From Dehalococcoidales bacterium (lineage in GTDB: Bacteria; Chloroflexota; Dehalococcoidia; Dehalococcoidales; RBG-16-60-22), in NCBI GenBank assembly GCA_050014355.1, contig JBEKDL010000004.1, forward strand, positions 21,438 to 85,437: a DNA stretch of 64,000 bases, written 5' to 3'. Below the pieces are notes generated by a model. It did no database searches. It was not told where the DNA came from and saw only the letters and a list, made by a program, of their open reading frames with translations. Positions 57,315 to 64,000 of this stretch are shown one piece after another (positions within the stretch are counted from its first letter, which is position 1; the number at the start of each line of letters is the position of its first letter). A program made the translations under genes and the position numbers.

Positions 57315-57350
57315 TTATTGCGCTTATCTTATGACAAGTGCTAAAATGCA
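57315..57350 (+). promoter_or_regulatory. rib operon promoter (TTGCGC, 18-nt spacer, extended -10 TGCTAAAAT)
   Basis: The -35 lies at 57318-57323 and the -10 at 57342-57347. The layout matches the ilvC promoter. Confidence 0.65.
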
Positions 57351-57379
57351 GTAGGAAGAGCGCGTCTCCAGGAGTAGTA

Positions 57380-58009
57380 ATGTTCACCGGCATCGTTGAA
57401 GAGGTAGGGAGTATTGTCTCGGTCAGCGCATCAGGCCTGACGGTAGCCGCCGCTAAAGCGCTCCGGGACATGCAGCCCGGCGGCTCCATCGCCGTTAACG
57501 GCGTCTGCCTCACAGCGATTGCCTTCGATAGTAAAACATTTTCCGTCAACGTCATGCCGGAGACACTGCAAAAGACCAACCTTGGGTTACTCAAATCAGG
57601 AGATAAGGTCAACCTGGAAAGGCCCCTGGCGCTGGGCGGTGAGTTGGGCGGCCATCTCGTGCAGGGACATATTGACGGGACGGGGAGAGTGAGCGCGGTT
57701 ATTCAGGAGGGTGGGGCGGTGCGGATTAAATTCGAGGCTGAGCCGGAGCTAATGCGCTATATCGTGTCCAAGGGCTTTATCACCGTGGACGGCGTGAGTC
57801 TGACCGTCACCGAAAAAGACGCCCGCTCATTCGGCGTTTCGATTGTGGATTTCACGCGCCGGAACACGATTCTGGCCGGGAGAAAAGTCGGGGACACTGT
57901 CAACCTTGAAGCGGATATCATCGGTAAATATGTCGCCGAGTTTCTCAAGCCGCAGGATAGTGGCATCACCGCAGAGTTTTTACAGGAGCACGGTTTCCGG
58001 GTAAACTGA
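57380..58009 (+). CDS. ribE: riboflavin synthase
   Basis: It has the [10 protein letters not shown] start and the duplicated GDxVNLE motifs (GDKVNLE, GDTVNLE). The ATG at 57380 follows GGAG. Confidence 0.92.
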   Translation: MFTGIVEEVGSIVSVSASGLTVAAAKALRDMQPGGSIAVNGVCLTAIAFDSKTFSVNVMPETLQKTNLGLLKSGDKVNLERPLALGGELGGHLVQGHIDGTGRVSAVIQEGGAVRIKFEAEPELMRYIVSKGFITVDGVSLTVTEKDARSFGVSIVDFTRRNTILAGRKVGDTVNLEADIIGKYVAEFLKPQDSGITAEFLQEHGFRVN

Positions 58010-58037
58010 AACCCCGGCGCATAAGGAGAAGGAGACT

Positions 58038-59255
58038 ATGGGACTGGCAACGATTCCGGAGGCCATTGAAGATATCAAGGCCGGCAAGTTCGTTATTGTC
58101 GTGGACGACGAGGACCGGGAAAATGAAGGCGACCTTATCATGGCGGCCGAGAAAGTCACCCCGGAGGCCATTAATTTCATGGCCGTCCACGGCCGCGGGC
58201 TCATCTGCATGCCCGTCACCGGCCAGCGCCTGGATGAGCTGAAGATACCGATGATGGTCGTCAATAATACGGCCAAGCTCGGCACGGCTTTTACGGTATC
58301 AGTCGAAGCCAGGGAAGGCACGAGCACCGGCATCTCGGCAGCGGACAGGGCCAGGACCGTTCAGGCTATCATCAACCCCCGGACCATGCCTGAAGACCTG
58401 ATATATCCCGGGCACATGTTCCCCCTGCGCGCCAAGGACGGGGGAGTCCTGGTACGGGCCGGGCAGACCGAAGCCACCATAGATTTAGCGAGACTGGCCG
58501 GGCTTTACCCCGCCGGTGTCTGCTGCGAGATTATGAATGAAGACGGGACCATGGCGCGGCTGCCCCAGCTGGAAGCTATCGCTAAAAAGTTTAACTTGAA
58601 GATCATCAGCGTGGCCGACCTTATCGCTTACCGGTTCCGCCACGAAAGACTCGTGCAGCGTGTCGCCGAGGCTAAACTCCCGACACCGTACGGAGAGTTC
58701 AAAGTCATCGCTTATAAGAGCAGCACCGACCCGGATGAGCACCTGGCGCTGGTCATGGGCGATGTGGCTACCGATGAACCGGTGCTGGTGCGCGTGCACA
58801 GCCAGTGCCTCACCGGCGATGTCTTCGGCAGCCTGCGCTGCGATTGCGGCGAGCAGATTCAGATGGCGATGAAAAAAATCGCCGAGGAGGGTCGCGGCGT
58901 CGTCCTTTACATGAGGCAGGAAGGGCGGGGCATCGGCATCCACAATAAAATAAAAGCCTACGCTTTGCAGGACCAGGGACTGGACACCGTCGAGGCCAAC
59001 CTTTCCCTCGGTTTCAAGGCCGACCAGCGCACTTACGGTACCGGCGCCCAGATTCTCGTCGACCTGGGTGTGCGCAACATGCGGCTGATGACCAATAACC
59101 CCAAGAAAATGAGCGGGCTGGAAAGCTACGGTCTAAAAATCGCCGAGCAGCTACCCCTGACCACGCAACCCAACGAGCATAACCTCCGCTATCTCCAGAC
59201 CAAGCAAAAGAAAATGGGACACCTTTTAAACGTGCTGGACACAGACTGCGAGTAA
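58038..59255 (+). CDS. ribBA: bifunctional 3,4-dihydroxy-2-butanone-4-phosphate synthase / GTP cyclohydrolase II
   Basis: The RibB half has [11 protein letters not shown]. The RibA half has [21 protein letters not shown]. Confidence 0.93.
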   Translation: MGLATIPEAIEDIKAGKFVIVVDDEDRENEGDLIMAAEKVTPEAINFMAVHGRGLICMPVTGQRLDELKIPMMVVNNTAKLGTAFTVSVEAREGTSTGISAADRARTVQAIINPRTMPEDLIYPGHMFPLRAKDGGVLVRAGQTEATIDLARLAGLYPAGVCCEIMNEDGTMARLPQLEAIAKKFNLKIISVADLIAYRFRHERLVQRVAEAKLPTPYGEFKVIAYKSSTDPDEHLALVMGDVATDEPVLVRVHSQCLTGDVFGSLRCDCGEQIQMAMKKIAEEGRGVVLYMRQEGRGIGIHNKIKAYALQDQGLDTVEANLSLGFKADQRTYGTGAQILVDLGVRNMRLMTNNPKKMSGLESYGLKIAEQLPLTTQPNEHNLRYLQTKQKKMGHLLNVLDTDCE

Positions 59256-59275
59256 TATCAACCGAGGAGATGATT

Positions 59276-59743
59276 ATGGGCAAGACATACGAAGGCAATT
59301 TGCTGGGGAAGGGGCTGAAATTCGGGGTGGTGGTCTCGCGCTTTAACGAGTTCTTCAGCCAGAAGCTGCTGGCGGGGGCGCAGGATGCCCTTGTCCGCCA
59401 TGGAGTCAATGAGACTGATATCGAGGTCGCCTGGACGCCCGGCTCTTTTGAAATTCCTCTCATTGCCCAGAAAATGGCCGAATCGAAGAAGTATAACGCT
59501 GTCATTTGTCTGGGAGCGGTGATACGCGGAGGGACGCCTCACTTCGACTATATCGCCGCCGAGGTAAGCAAAGGCATCGCTAACGTGGGTCTGCGTACGG
59601 GAGTGCCAGTGATTTTCGGGGTTATTACCACCGATACATTGGAGCAGGCGATAGAGCGCTCGGGAACGAAGGACGGCAACAAGGGCTTCGATGCGGCCGT
59701 CAGCGCTATCGAGATGGCGAACCTGGTGAAGGCGATTGGGTAG
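59276..59743 (+). CDS. ribH: 6,7-dimethyl-8-ribityllumazine synthase
   Basis: It has VVSRFNEFF and [15 protein letters not shown]. The ATG at 59276 is preferred because GAGGAG lies 6 nt upstream. The ORF track starts at 59270. Confidence 0.92.
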   Translation: MGKTYEGNLLGKGLKFGVVVSRFNEFFSQKLLAGAQDALVRHGVNETDIEVAWTPGSFEIPLIAQKMAESKKYNAVICLGAVIRGGTPHFDYIAAEVSKGIANVGLRTGVPVIFGVITTDTLEQAIERSGTKDGNKGFDAAVSAIEMANLVKAIG

Positions 59744-59755
59744 ACTGATAAGTCG

Positions 59756-59819
59756 AAACTCAAAGCTCAAAAGGCGAAGACAGAATTTAAAGTCATAACA
59801 GACAAAGCTTTGAGTTTTT
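59756..59819. terminator. long-loop hairpin / bidirectional terminator between ribH and the convergent gene
   Basis: A 12-bp stem AAACTCAAAGCT (59756-59767) / AGCTTTGAGTTT (59806-59817) is followed by T residues. The left arm belongs to a repeat family also seen at 61622. Confidence 0.6.
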
Positions 59820-59858
59820 AAGCATGGTTTTTGAGATTTTACTTTTAAACTTTCAAGT

Positions 59859-60110
59859 TTAAGTTACCTTGTAGACCGTGTCCCCAGCCCTGACCTTGTC
59901 CGGGACCTTTATCCCCACGGACTGGCCATTCTTCGCCTCGGTGACATTCTGGTTGTCAATCTGCATTGAGGCCACGGTAATTTCCACGTCGGTGGTATGC
60001 CCCTTGATGTGGATTTTATCCCCCACCTTCAGGCTCCCGCTCATGTCAATACCGGCGACCACCGGCTTGGCAAAAAAGTCGCTCACCTTGCCGATTTCCG
60101 TTTCAGCCAT
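59859..60110 (-). CDS. small EF-Tu-domain-2-like beta-barrel protein (83 aa)
   Basis: MAETEIGKVSDFFAKPVVAGI...GDKIHIKGHTTD...GDTVYKV resembles the stand-alone translation-factor beta-barrel domain. The start at 60110 follows GGAGGG. Confidence 0.6.
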   Translation of the reverse strand: MAETEIGKVSDFFAKPVVAGIDMSGSLKVGDKIHIKGHTTDVEITVASMQIDNQNVTEAKNGQSVGIKVPDKVRAGDTVYKVT

Positions 60111-60201
60111 ATACTTCCCTCCTGTAGCTTGATACTGTATGGATTCAAGCTTCGTATTCTGGATTATACCGCCCGTTTCCAGATAAATCAATAAAAATCT
60201 T

Positions 60202-60231
60202 TTGACATACTTCCCCTTCGGGACATATAAT
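60202..60231 (+). promoter_or_regulatory. sigma-70-type promoter TTGACA, 18-nt spacer, TATAAT
   Basis: TTGACA lies at 60202-60207 and TATAAT at 60226-60231, upstream of ORF 60264. Confidence 0.65.
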
Positions 60232-60263
60232 AAATCCAACTATGTTAGGAAAGGATATAAGCC

Positions 60264-60482
60264 TTGGTAAAGCCAGATGAATTAGACAAGTCCGTTCAGG
60301 ATATCGAGCGTATCAGCAAGCAACTGGATGCTCTGGATAAACGACTGGATAATGTCGACTCCGTCGTAACCGCGGTCGCCGAGCGTGTCATGAAGCAGCC
60401 GATTACGCTCAATATTACCTGTTCCAGATGCGGCCATAAAATAGAAATCGCCATTATCGGGTCCGAGAAACCGGGCCGCTAG
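60264..60482 (+). CDS. hypothetical small protein (72 aa; coiled-coil N-terminus, single CxxC)
   Basis: It has a TTG start after AGGAAAGGA, and a consensus promoter lies upstream. I recognise no family. Confidence 0.45.
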   Translation: MVKPDELDKSVQDIERISKQLDALDKRLDNVDSVVTAVAERVMKQPITLNITCSRCGHKIEIAIIGSEKPGR

Positions 60483-60561
60483 AGCCGGCCTTGGTTCAAA
60501 AGAAGTATACCGCACTGGCGCGTTTCCCCGACAAATAAATAATTTAATACCTGGAGGAAAT

Positions 60562-61182
60562 ATGACTTTAGCCGCGAGAGTTGAACGGACCCGGTATGAT
60601 GTCTTCCGCTGGCGCTATGAATCAAGTGTACCTATGAAGCTGGCCCTGGCCCTGGGCATGGCAGTCCTGACCGGCCTGCTCGCTCAGGTGAGAATCCAGC
60701 TTCCGTGGACTCCCGTACCCTTGACCGGTCAAACGCTGGCGGTACTCCTGGCCGGGGTGGCACTGGGGAAATGGTGGGGTGGCATCAGCATGGCCGTTTA
60801 CGCGGGGCTAGGCATGGCAGGTGTGCCGTGGTTCCAGGGAATGAACGGGGGACTGGCTTACCTGGCCGGGCCTACTGGCGGCTATATCATCGGGTTTATC
60901 CTGGCAACGCTTTTCCTCGGGTATTTTACCGATAAATATATCAAATCGCGCCGCTTTTTCAGCTTGCTGGGGCTGATGCTTTTCGCCAGCTTAATCATCG
61001 TCTATGTGCCCGGCCTGCTACAGCTCGGACTCTGGCTGCACCTGGCCAAGGGCCAGCCGGTCACTTTCAGCGGACTGATGACGATGGGCGCGCTGCCTTT
61101 CATCGCCGGGGATATCACCAAAGCCGTTGTCGCCGCGCTTATTGCCCGGGGCATCATGCCGCGGAAGGATTACAGCCAATAG
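60562..61182 (+). CDS. bioY: biotin transporter BioY
   Basis: BioY motifs PVPLTGQTLAVLLAGVALG and GPTGGYIIGF are present. GGAGG is the RBS. Confidence 0.88.
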   Translation: MTLAARVERTRYDVFRWRYESSVPMKLALALGMAVLTGLLAQVRIQLPWTPVPLTGQTLAVLLAGVALGKWWGGISMAVYAGLGMAGVPWFQGMNGGLAYLAGPTGGYIIGFILATLFLGYFTDKYIKSRRFFSLLGLMLFASLIIVYVPGLLQLGLWLHLAKGQPVTFSGLMTMGALPFIAGDITKAVVAALIARGIMPRKDYSQ

Positions 61183-61299
61183 ACCGGTGGAAACCAGCAA
61201 GCCCGGCTGACCCCCGGTTACGTGCCTCTGGCAAAGTGCCGCGCATGCGTTATACAATATAAGTGGTGGGTGAAAACGTACCGTTGACGGGGGGCAGTT

Positions 61300-61623
61300 A
61301 TGGCTGATATTTTGAATGAAGCTTACGGCATAGTCCAGTGCAAGGAATGTCCCTGGTTTAAAGCCTGTGTCATTCCAATGAAATTTACCGCCCAGGACAT
61401 CCGGCGGCAGCTGGAACAGGCGCCTCCGGGTCTGGGCGCCCCGCAGCAGATAGACGCCGGCATGGAAAACCTGCTGGCCAGCATGGCCACGGCGGCGCAG
61501 GCCTCTTTGCTCGAAGGGTGCCCAATTTTTATCGAGCGGCTGCGCACCAGCCCGAAGCTCGCCCAGCGCCTGAAAGAGCTGATGCAGGACTGGGGCAGCG
61601 AGGAAAAGCCGGGGGAAAAGTAA
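61300..61623 (+). CDS. hypothetical protein (107 aa) with a CxxCx5C...C motif
   Basis: Its composition is balanced and a GGGGGG RBS lies upstream. It carries the CKECPWFKAC motif plus a fourth Cys. The longer antisense ORF 61018-61656 looks like a shadow. Confidence 0.55.
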   Translation: MADILNEAYGIVQCKECPWFKACVIPMKFTAQDIRRQLEQAPPGLGAPQQIDAGMENLLASMATAAQASLLEGCPIFIERLRTSPKLAQRLKELMQDWGSEEKPGEK

Positions 61624-61737
61624 ACTCAAAGCTGAAAAGTCAAAAGTCAAAACCACAGGTCAAAAGTAAAAAACTGGACTAACTGAATCTTCTCTACTGT
61701 CCCGGTTCCATCGGGGCGAAGTAATCCGTTAACCCGA

Positions 61738-61763
61738 CTGGATTCCGGCTTTCGCCGGAATGG
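61738..61763. repeat. REP-like perfect hairpin CTGGATTCCGGC-TTTC-GCCGGAATGG
   Basis: The 8-bp stem is ATTCCGGC/GCCGGAAT. It is related to the copy at 38168-38195 and sits at the left border of the A+T-rich islet. Confidence 0.8.
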
Positions 61764-61825
61764 TTTATCTATCTACAATGAACATCACAAGTATACCATG
61801 ACAACAGGGGATTAAAATAATTTAT

Positions 61826-61981
61826 TCAGGATAATACACTTTTTCCAATTGCTATTAAAATAACTATGAGAAACGCACCAAGTAATACGTCACCCCAAAT
61901 AGGCAATATATGGCTTGAAATAATAGCGACCACTATTAATATGCCAACTATACCTAAAACGAGGCCAGATAAGAATCTCAT
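61826..61981 (-). CDS. candidate small 2-TM membrane protein (51 aa), below the ORF-track cutoff
   Basis: My hand translation is MRFLSGLVLGIVGILIVVAIISSHILPIWGDVLLGAFLIVILIAIGKSVLS. AAAGGG lies 7 nt upstream of the ATG. It competes with the 5' part of plus-strand ORF 61866-62486. Confidence 0.4.
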   Translation of the reverse strand: MRFLSGLVLGIVGILIVVAIISSHILPIWGDVLLGAFLIVILIAIGKSVLS

Positions 61982-62057
61982 TAATAACCCTTTGAATAAA
62001 TTGAAAATCTTTTATATTTTACCACTATTAATAAATACGTCAACATGTTTTCAAAAT

Positions 62058-62486
62058 ATGTTAATATATATTGCCATGTCAAAAAAATGGTTTATCTATA
62101 AATATTACAAACTAATCGCTACTATTTCTTACAAATGTATTCTTGTTATTTCTAGTTATACCATATTAACAAACTGGTTTGCCCATATCTATCAAGTATT
62201 CCTAAAAACATGGGCAATATATATTTACCACACAATTCCTTTTATTATTACAGGCGTCTTTGGTGTAGCAACGATTGCTCCATCCATTTTTGATATTTAC
62301 AAGGGGTATAAATTATCAATAAATTCCAATATTGAAATTACTATACCCATAAGAATGTATATAGTTGATTATCAAATACTTGTATATGGATTTCCAGCTT
62401 GTTTAGTTTTTGCTCTTATGTACGGTTATTATTATCATCATAAATTCGGGCAATTCCCAGATTGGAGGTCATTGAAATTATGGTAG
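62058..62486 (+). CDS. hypothetical aromatic-rich membrane protein in the A+T-rich islet
   Basis: The frame stays open for 206 codons (61866-62486) in very A+T-rich DNA, which is unlikely by chance. The hydrophobic part begins near Met 62058/62076. The start is uncertain and I see no obvious RBS. Confidence 0.5.
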   Translation: MLIYIAMSKKWFIYKYYKLIATISYKCILVISSYTILTNWFAHIYQVFLKTWAIYIYHTIPFIITGVFGVATIAPSIFDIYKGYKLSINSNIEITIPIRMYIVDYQILVYGFPACLVFALMYGYYYHHKFGQFPDWRSLKLW

Positions 62487-62519
62487 GCTTTTGGATATTT
62501 TATTCGGCAAGGAGGCATT

Positions 62520-63275
62520 ATGGACCTGGGATTTAAAGGTAAAGTGGCGCTGGTCACCGGCGCGGGCAGCCAGATAGGCTTCGGGAAAGCGATAGCGCTG
62601 CTCCTTGCCAAAGAAGGGTGTGACGCCCTCGCGGTTAACGACATTAACCTCGATGACGCGAAGAAAACGGCGGATGCCGTCAAAGCGCTGGGGCGCAAGG
62701 CCATCGCCGTCAAGGCCGACGTCACTAAAAAAGCCGAAGTGCAGGAGATGGTCAAAAAAGCGCTGGCAGAGTTTAAAAAGATAGACATTCTCGTGAATGT
62801 GGCCGGCGCTATCCTCGGCGGCGGGCCTTTCGATAAACAGGAGGAAGAGCTCTGGGACAAAGAAATGTCCCTCAATTTCAAGGGCACGATGCTCGTGACC
62901 CAGGCGGTCATCCCCGGCATGATAGAGCGTAAATACGGCAAGATAGTTAATATCTCCTCCGGGTCGGTTAGAGCGGCTTTCGGCGTTTCCACATATACTC
63001 TGGCCAAGGGCGCTGTCGAGATATTCACGCGGCACCTGGCGAAAAGTGTCATCAAGGACGGCGTTAACGTCAACTGTGTGTCTCCGGGATGGGCGCTGAC
63101 CAACTTTATTAAAGGTGATAAGGAAGAAGCCAGAAAGCGTTTTTTGCCCGGCACCCCGATTGGCCGGGGCACTACACCGGAAGACATCGCCAACGCGGTA
63201 GTGTTTTTCGCCTCGGATATATCCGGTGATGTCGTGGGGCAGGTGCTTGACGTGACCGGGGGCTCGACCCTTTAA
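62520..63275 (+). CDS. short-chain dehydrogenase/reductase (FabG-like)
   Basis: It has the cofactor motif TGAGSQIGFG and the catalytic S...YxxxK (STYTLAKGAV). Confidence 0.88.
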   Translation: MDLGFKGKVALVTGAGSQIGFGKAIALLLAKEGCDALAVNDINLDDAKKTADAVKALGRKAIAVKADVTKKAEVQEMVKKALAEFKKIDILVNVAGAILGGGPFDKQEEELWDKEMSLNFKGTMLVTQAVIPGMIERKYGKIVNISSGSVRAAFGVSTYTLAKGAVEIFTRHLAKSVIKDGVNVNCVSPGWALTNFIKGDKEEARKRFLPGTPIGRGTTPEDIANAVVFFASDISGDVVGQVLDVTGGSTL

Positions 63276-63306
63276 ACTCGACCTCGCATAATTTAAGGAG
63301 GCAAAC

Positions 63307-64000
63307 ATGGACCTGGGACTGAAGGGCAAGATAGCGCTGGTAACCGGCGCTGGCAGCCAGATAGGCTTCGGCAAAGCCATTTCTCTAACGCTGGCCAAAG
63401 AGGGTTGTGATATCGCCGTTAACGATATCAACCTCGATGACTCCAAGAAAACGGCGGCGGAGGTCAAGGCCGTGGGACGCAAGGCCATCGCCATCAAGGC
63501 CGATGTCACCAAAAAAGCCGAGGTGCAGGAAATGGTAAAAAAGGCCCTGGCCGAGTTCGGCAGGATAGACATACTGGTCAATAACGCCGGGGGCATTCAT
63601 CCGCAGGGACCTTTTACCGACCAGAAAGAAGAGACCTGGGACAAAGATTTTAACCTCAATATCAAGGGTTCCATGTTATGTGCCCAGGCGGTGCTGCCCG
63701 CCATGGCAGAGCGAAGGTACGGCAAGATTATCAATATCTCCTCCAGCGTGGCAAAAATGGCTTTCCCAGGAGTTTCCACCTACGCTATGGCCAAGGCGGC
63801 GATTTACGTTTTCACCAGGGGGCTGGCCAAGTCGGTCATCAAGCAAGGCATCACCGTTAACAGCGTCGCCCCGGGGTGGGCGCTGACCAACTTCGATAAA
63901 ACACCGCCGGAGGAGCTGATTAAACGCTTTACGCCGGACACGCCCATCGGGCGGGGTACCACGCCGCAGGATATCGCCAACATGGTGACCTTCCTCGCAT
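63307..64000 (+). CDS. short-chain dehydrogenase/reductase, tandem paralogue (3' end beyond the window)
   Basis: My hand translation begins MDLGLKGKIALVTGAGSQIGFGKAI and contains NNAGG and STYAMAKAAI. AAGGAGG is the RBS. It is missing from the ORF track because no stop occurs inside the window. Confidence 0.85.
   Translation, partial: MDLGLKGKIALVTGAGSQIGFGKAISLTLAKEGCDIAVNDINLDDSKKTAAEVKAVGRKAIAIKADVTKKAEVQEMVKKALAEFGRIDILVNNAGGIHPQGPFTDQKEETWDKDFNLNIKGSMLCAQAVLPAMAERRYGKIINISSSVAKMAFPGVSTYAMAKAAIYVFTRGLAKSVIKQGITVNSVAPGWALTNFDKTPPEELIKRFTPDTPIGRGTTPQDIANMVTFLA

Noticed and set aside
57267-57379. An FMN riboswitch might be expected upstream of ribE-ribBA-ribH.
   Set aside because: Only about 30 nt separate the predicted -10 (57342-57347) from the RBS, so there is no room for the FMN aptamer of roughly 130 nt. 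I also see none of its conserved core segments. The structured DNA further upstream is the REP-like pair.
62478-63596. A 372-aa minus-strand ORF and its 251-aa neighbour (62438-63193) lie antisense to the SDR genes.
   Set aside because: Their composition is Ala/Arg/Ser/Pro-rich and low in complexity, as expected for the antisense strand of high-G+C genes. The plus-strand frames carry textbook SDR motifs and strong RBSs. The same reasoning applies to the other long shadow ORFs: 5994-6926, 6951-7847, 5376-5963 and 5722-6207 (all antisense to dnaE), 34626-35258, 40515-41033 and 61018-61656.
1-64000. I searched for CRISPR arrays, rRNA genes, transposases, integrases, prophage genes and recognisable defence-system genes.
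   Set aside because: None was found. The Sir2-family gene at 37429-38127 is a short canonical CobB-type sirtuin with a Zn ribbon and no effector or sensor partner, so I do not interpret it as a Thoeris/DSR-type defence gene.

Overview
This is a densely coding, high-G+C bacterial chromosomal window. G+C was judged by eye and not computed. The gene content, the Thr/Pro-rich lipoprotein linkers and several families of short palindromic intergenic repeats suggest a Chloroflexota (Dehalococcoidia-like) genome, but that is inference only. Left to right the window holds: infB-rbfA-aminotransferase-truB; dnaE; tRNA-Val followed by a lower-G+C islet with a two-subunit aconitase-X (AcnX) dehydratase; a long minus-strand phosphate block phoB-phoR-arsC-pstSCAB-phoU with a four-repeat Pho-box array; two ABC-2 exporter pairs, one with a divergent TetR; a LiaFSR-like three-component system; zur-znuABC; lgt; a gene broken by a perfect 28-bp tandem duplication; a family III CoA-transferase; an 877-aa surface protein with seven CARDB-like repeats; a sirtuin; mutS2 translationally coupled to a Vms1/VLRF1-like gene; an MFS gene with an in-frame TAG; an OmpR-type two-component system with a HlyD/MacB-type efflux operon; dtxR-feoB; arsR-acr3; ilvC; ribE-ribBA-ribH; bioY; a roughly 0.7-kb very A+T-rich islet with small membrane ORFs; and tandem SDR paralogues running off the right edge. 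Most notable are the MutS2/VLRF1-like coupled pair (a candidate bacterial ribosome-collision-to-release module), the two disrupted genes, the A+T-rich islet, the Pho-box array, a near-duplicate promoter module shared by ilvC and the rib operon, and at least four families of REP-like palindromic repeats. I found no CRISPR array, rRNA, transposase or integrase. All functional calls rest on motif recognition in the supplied translations. No database search was run.
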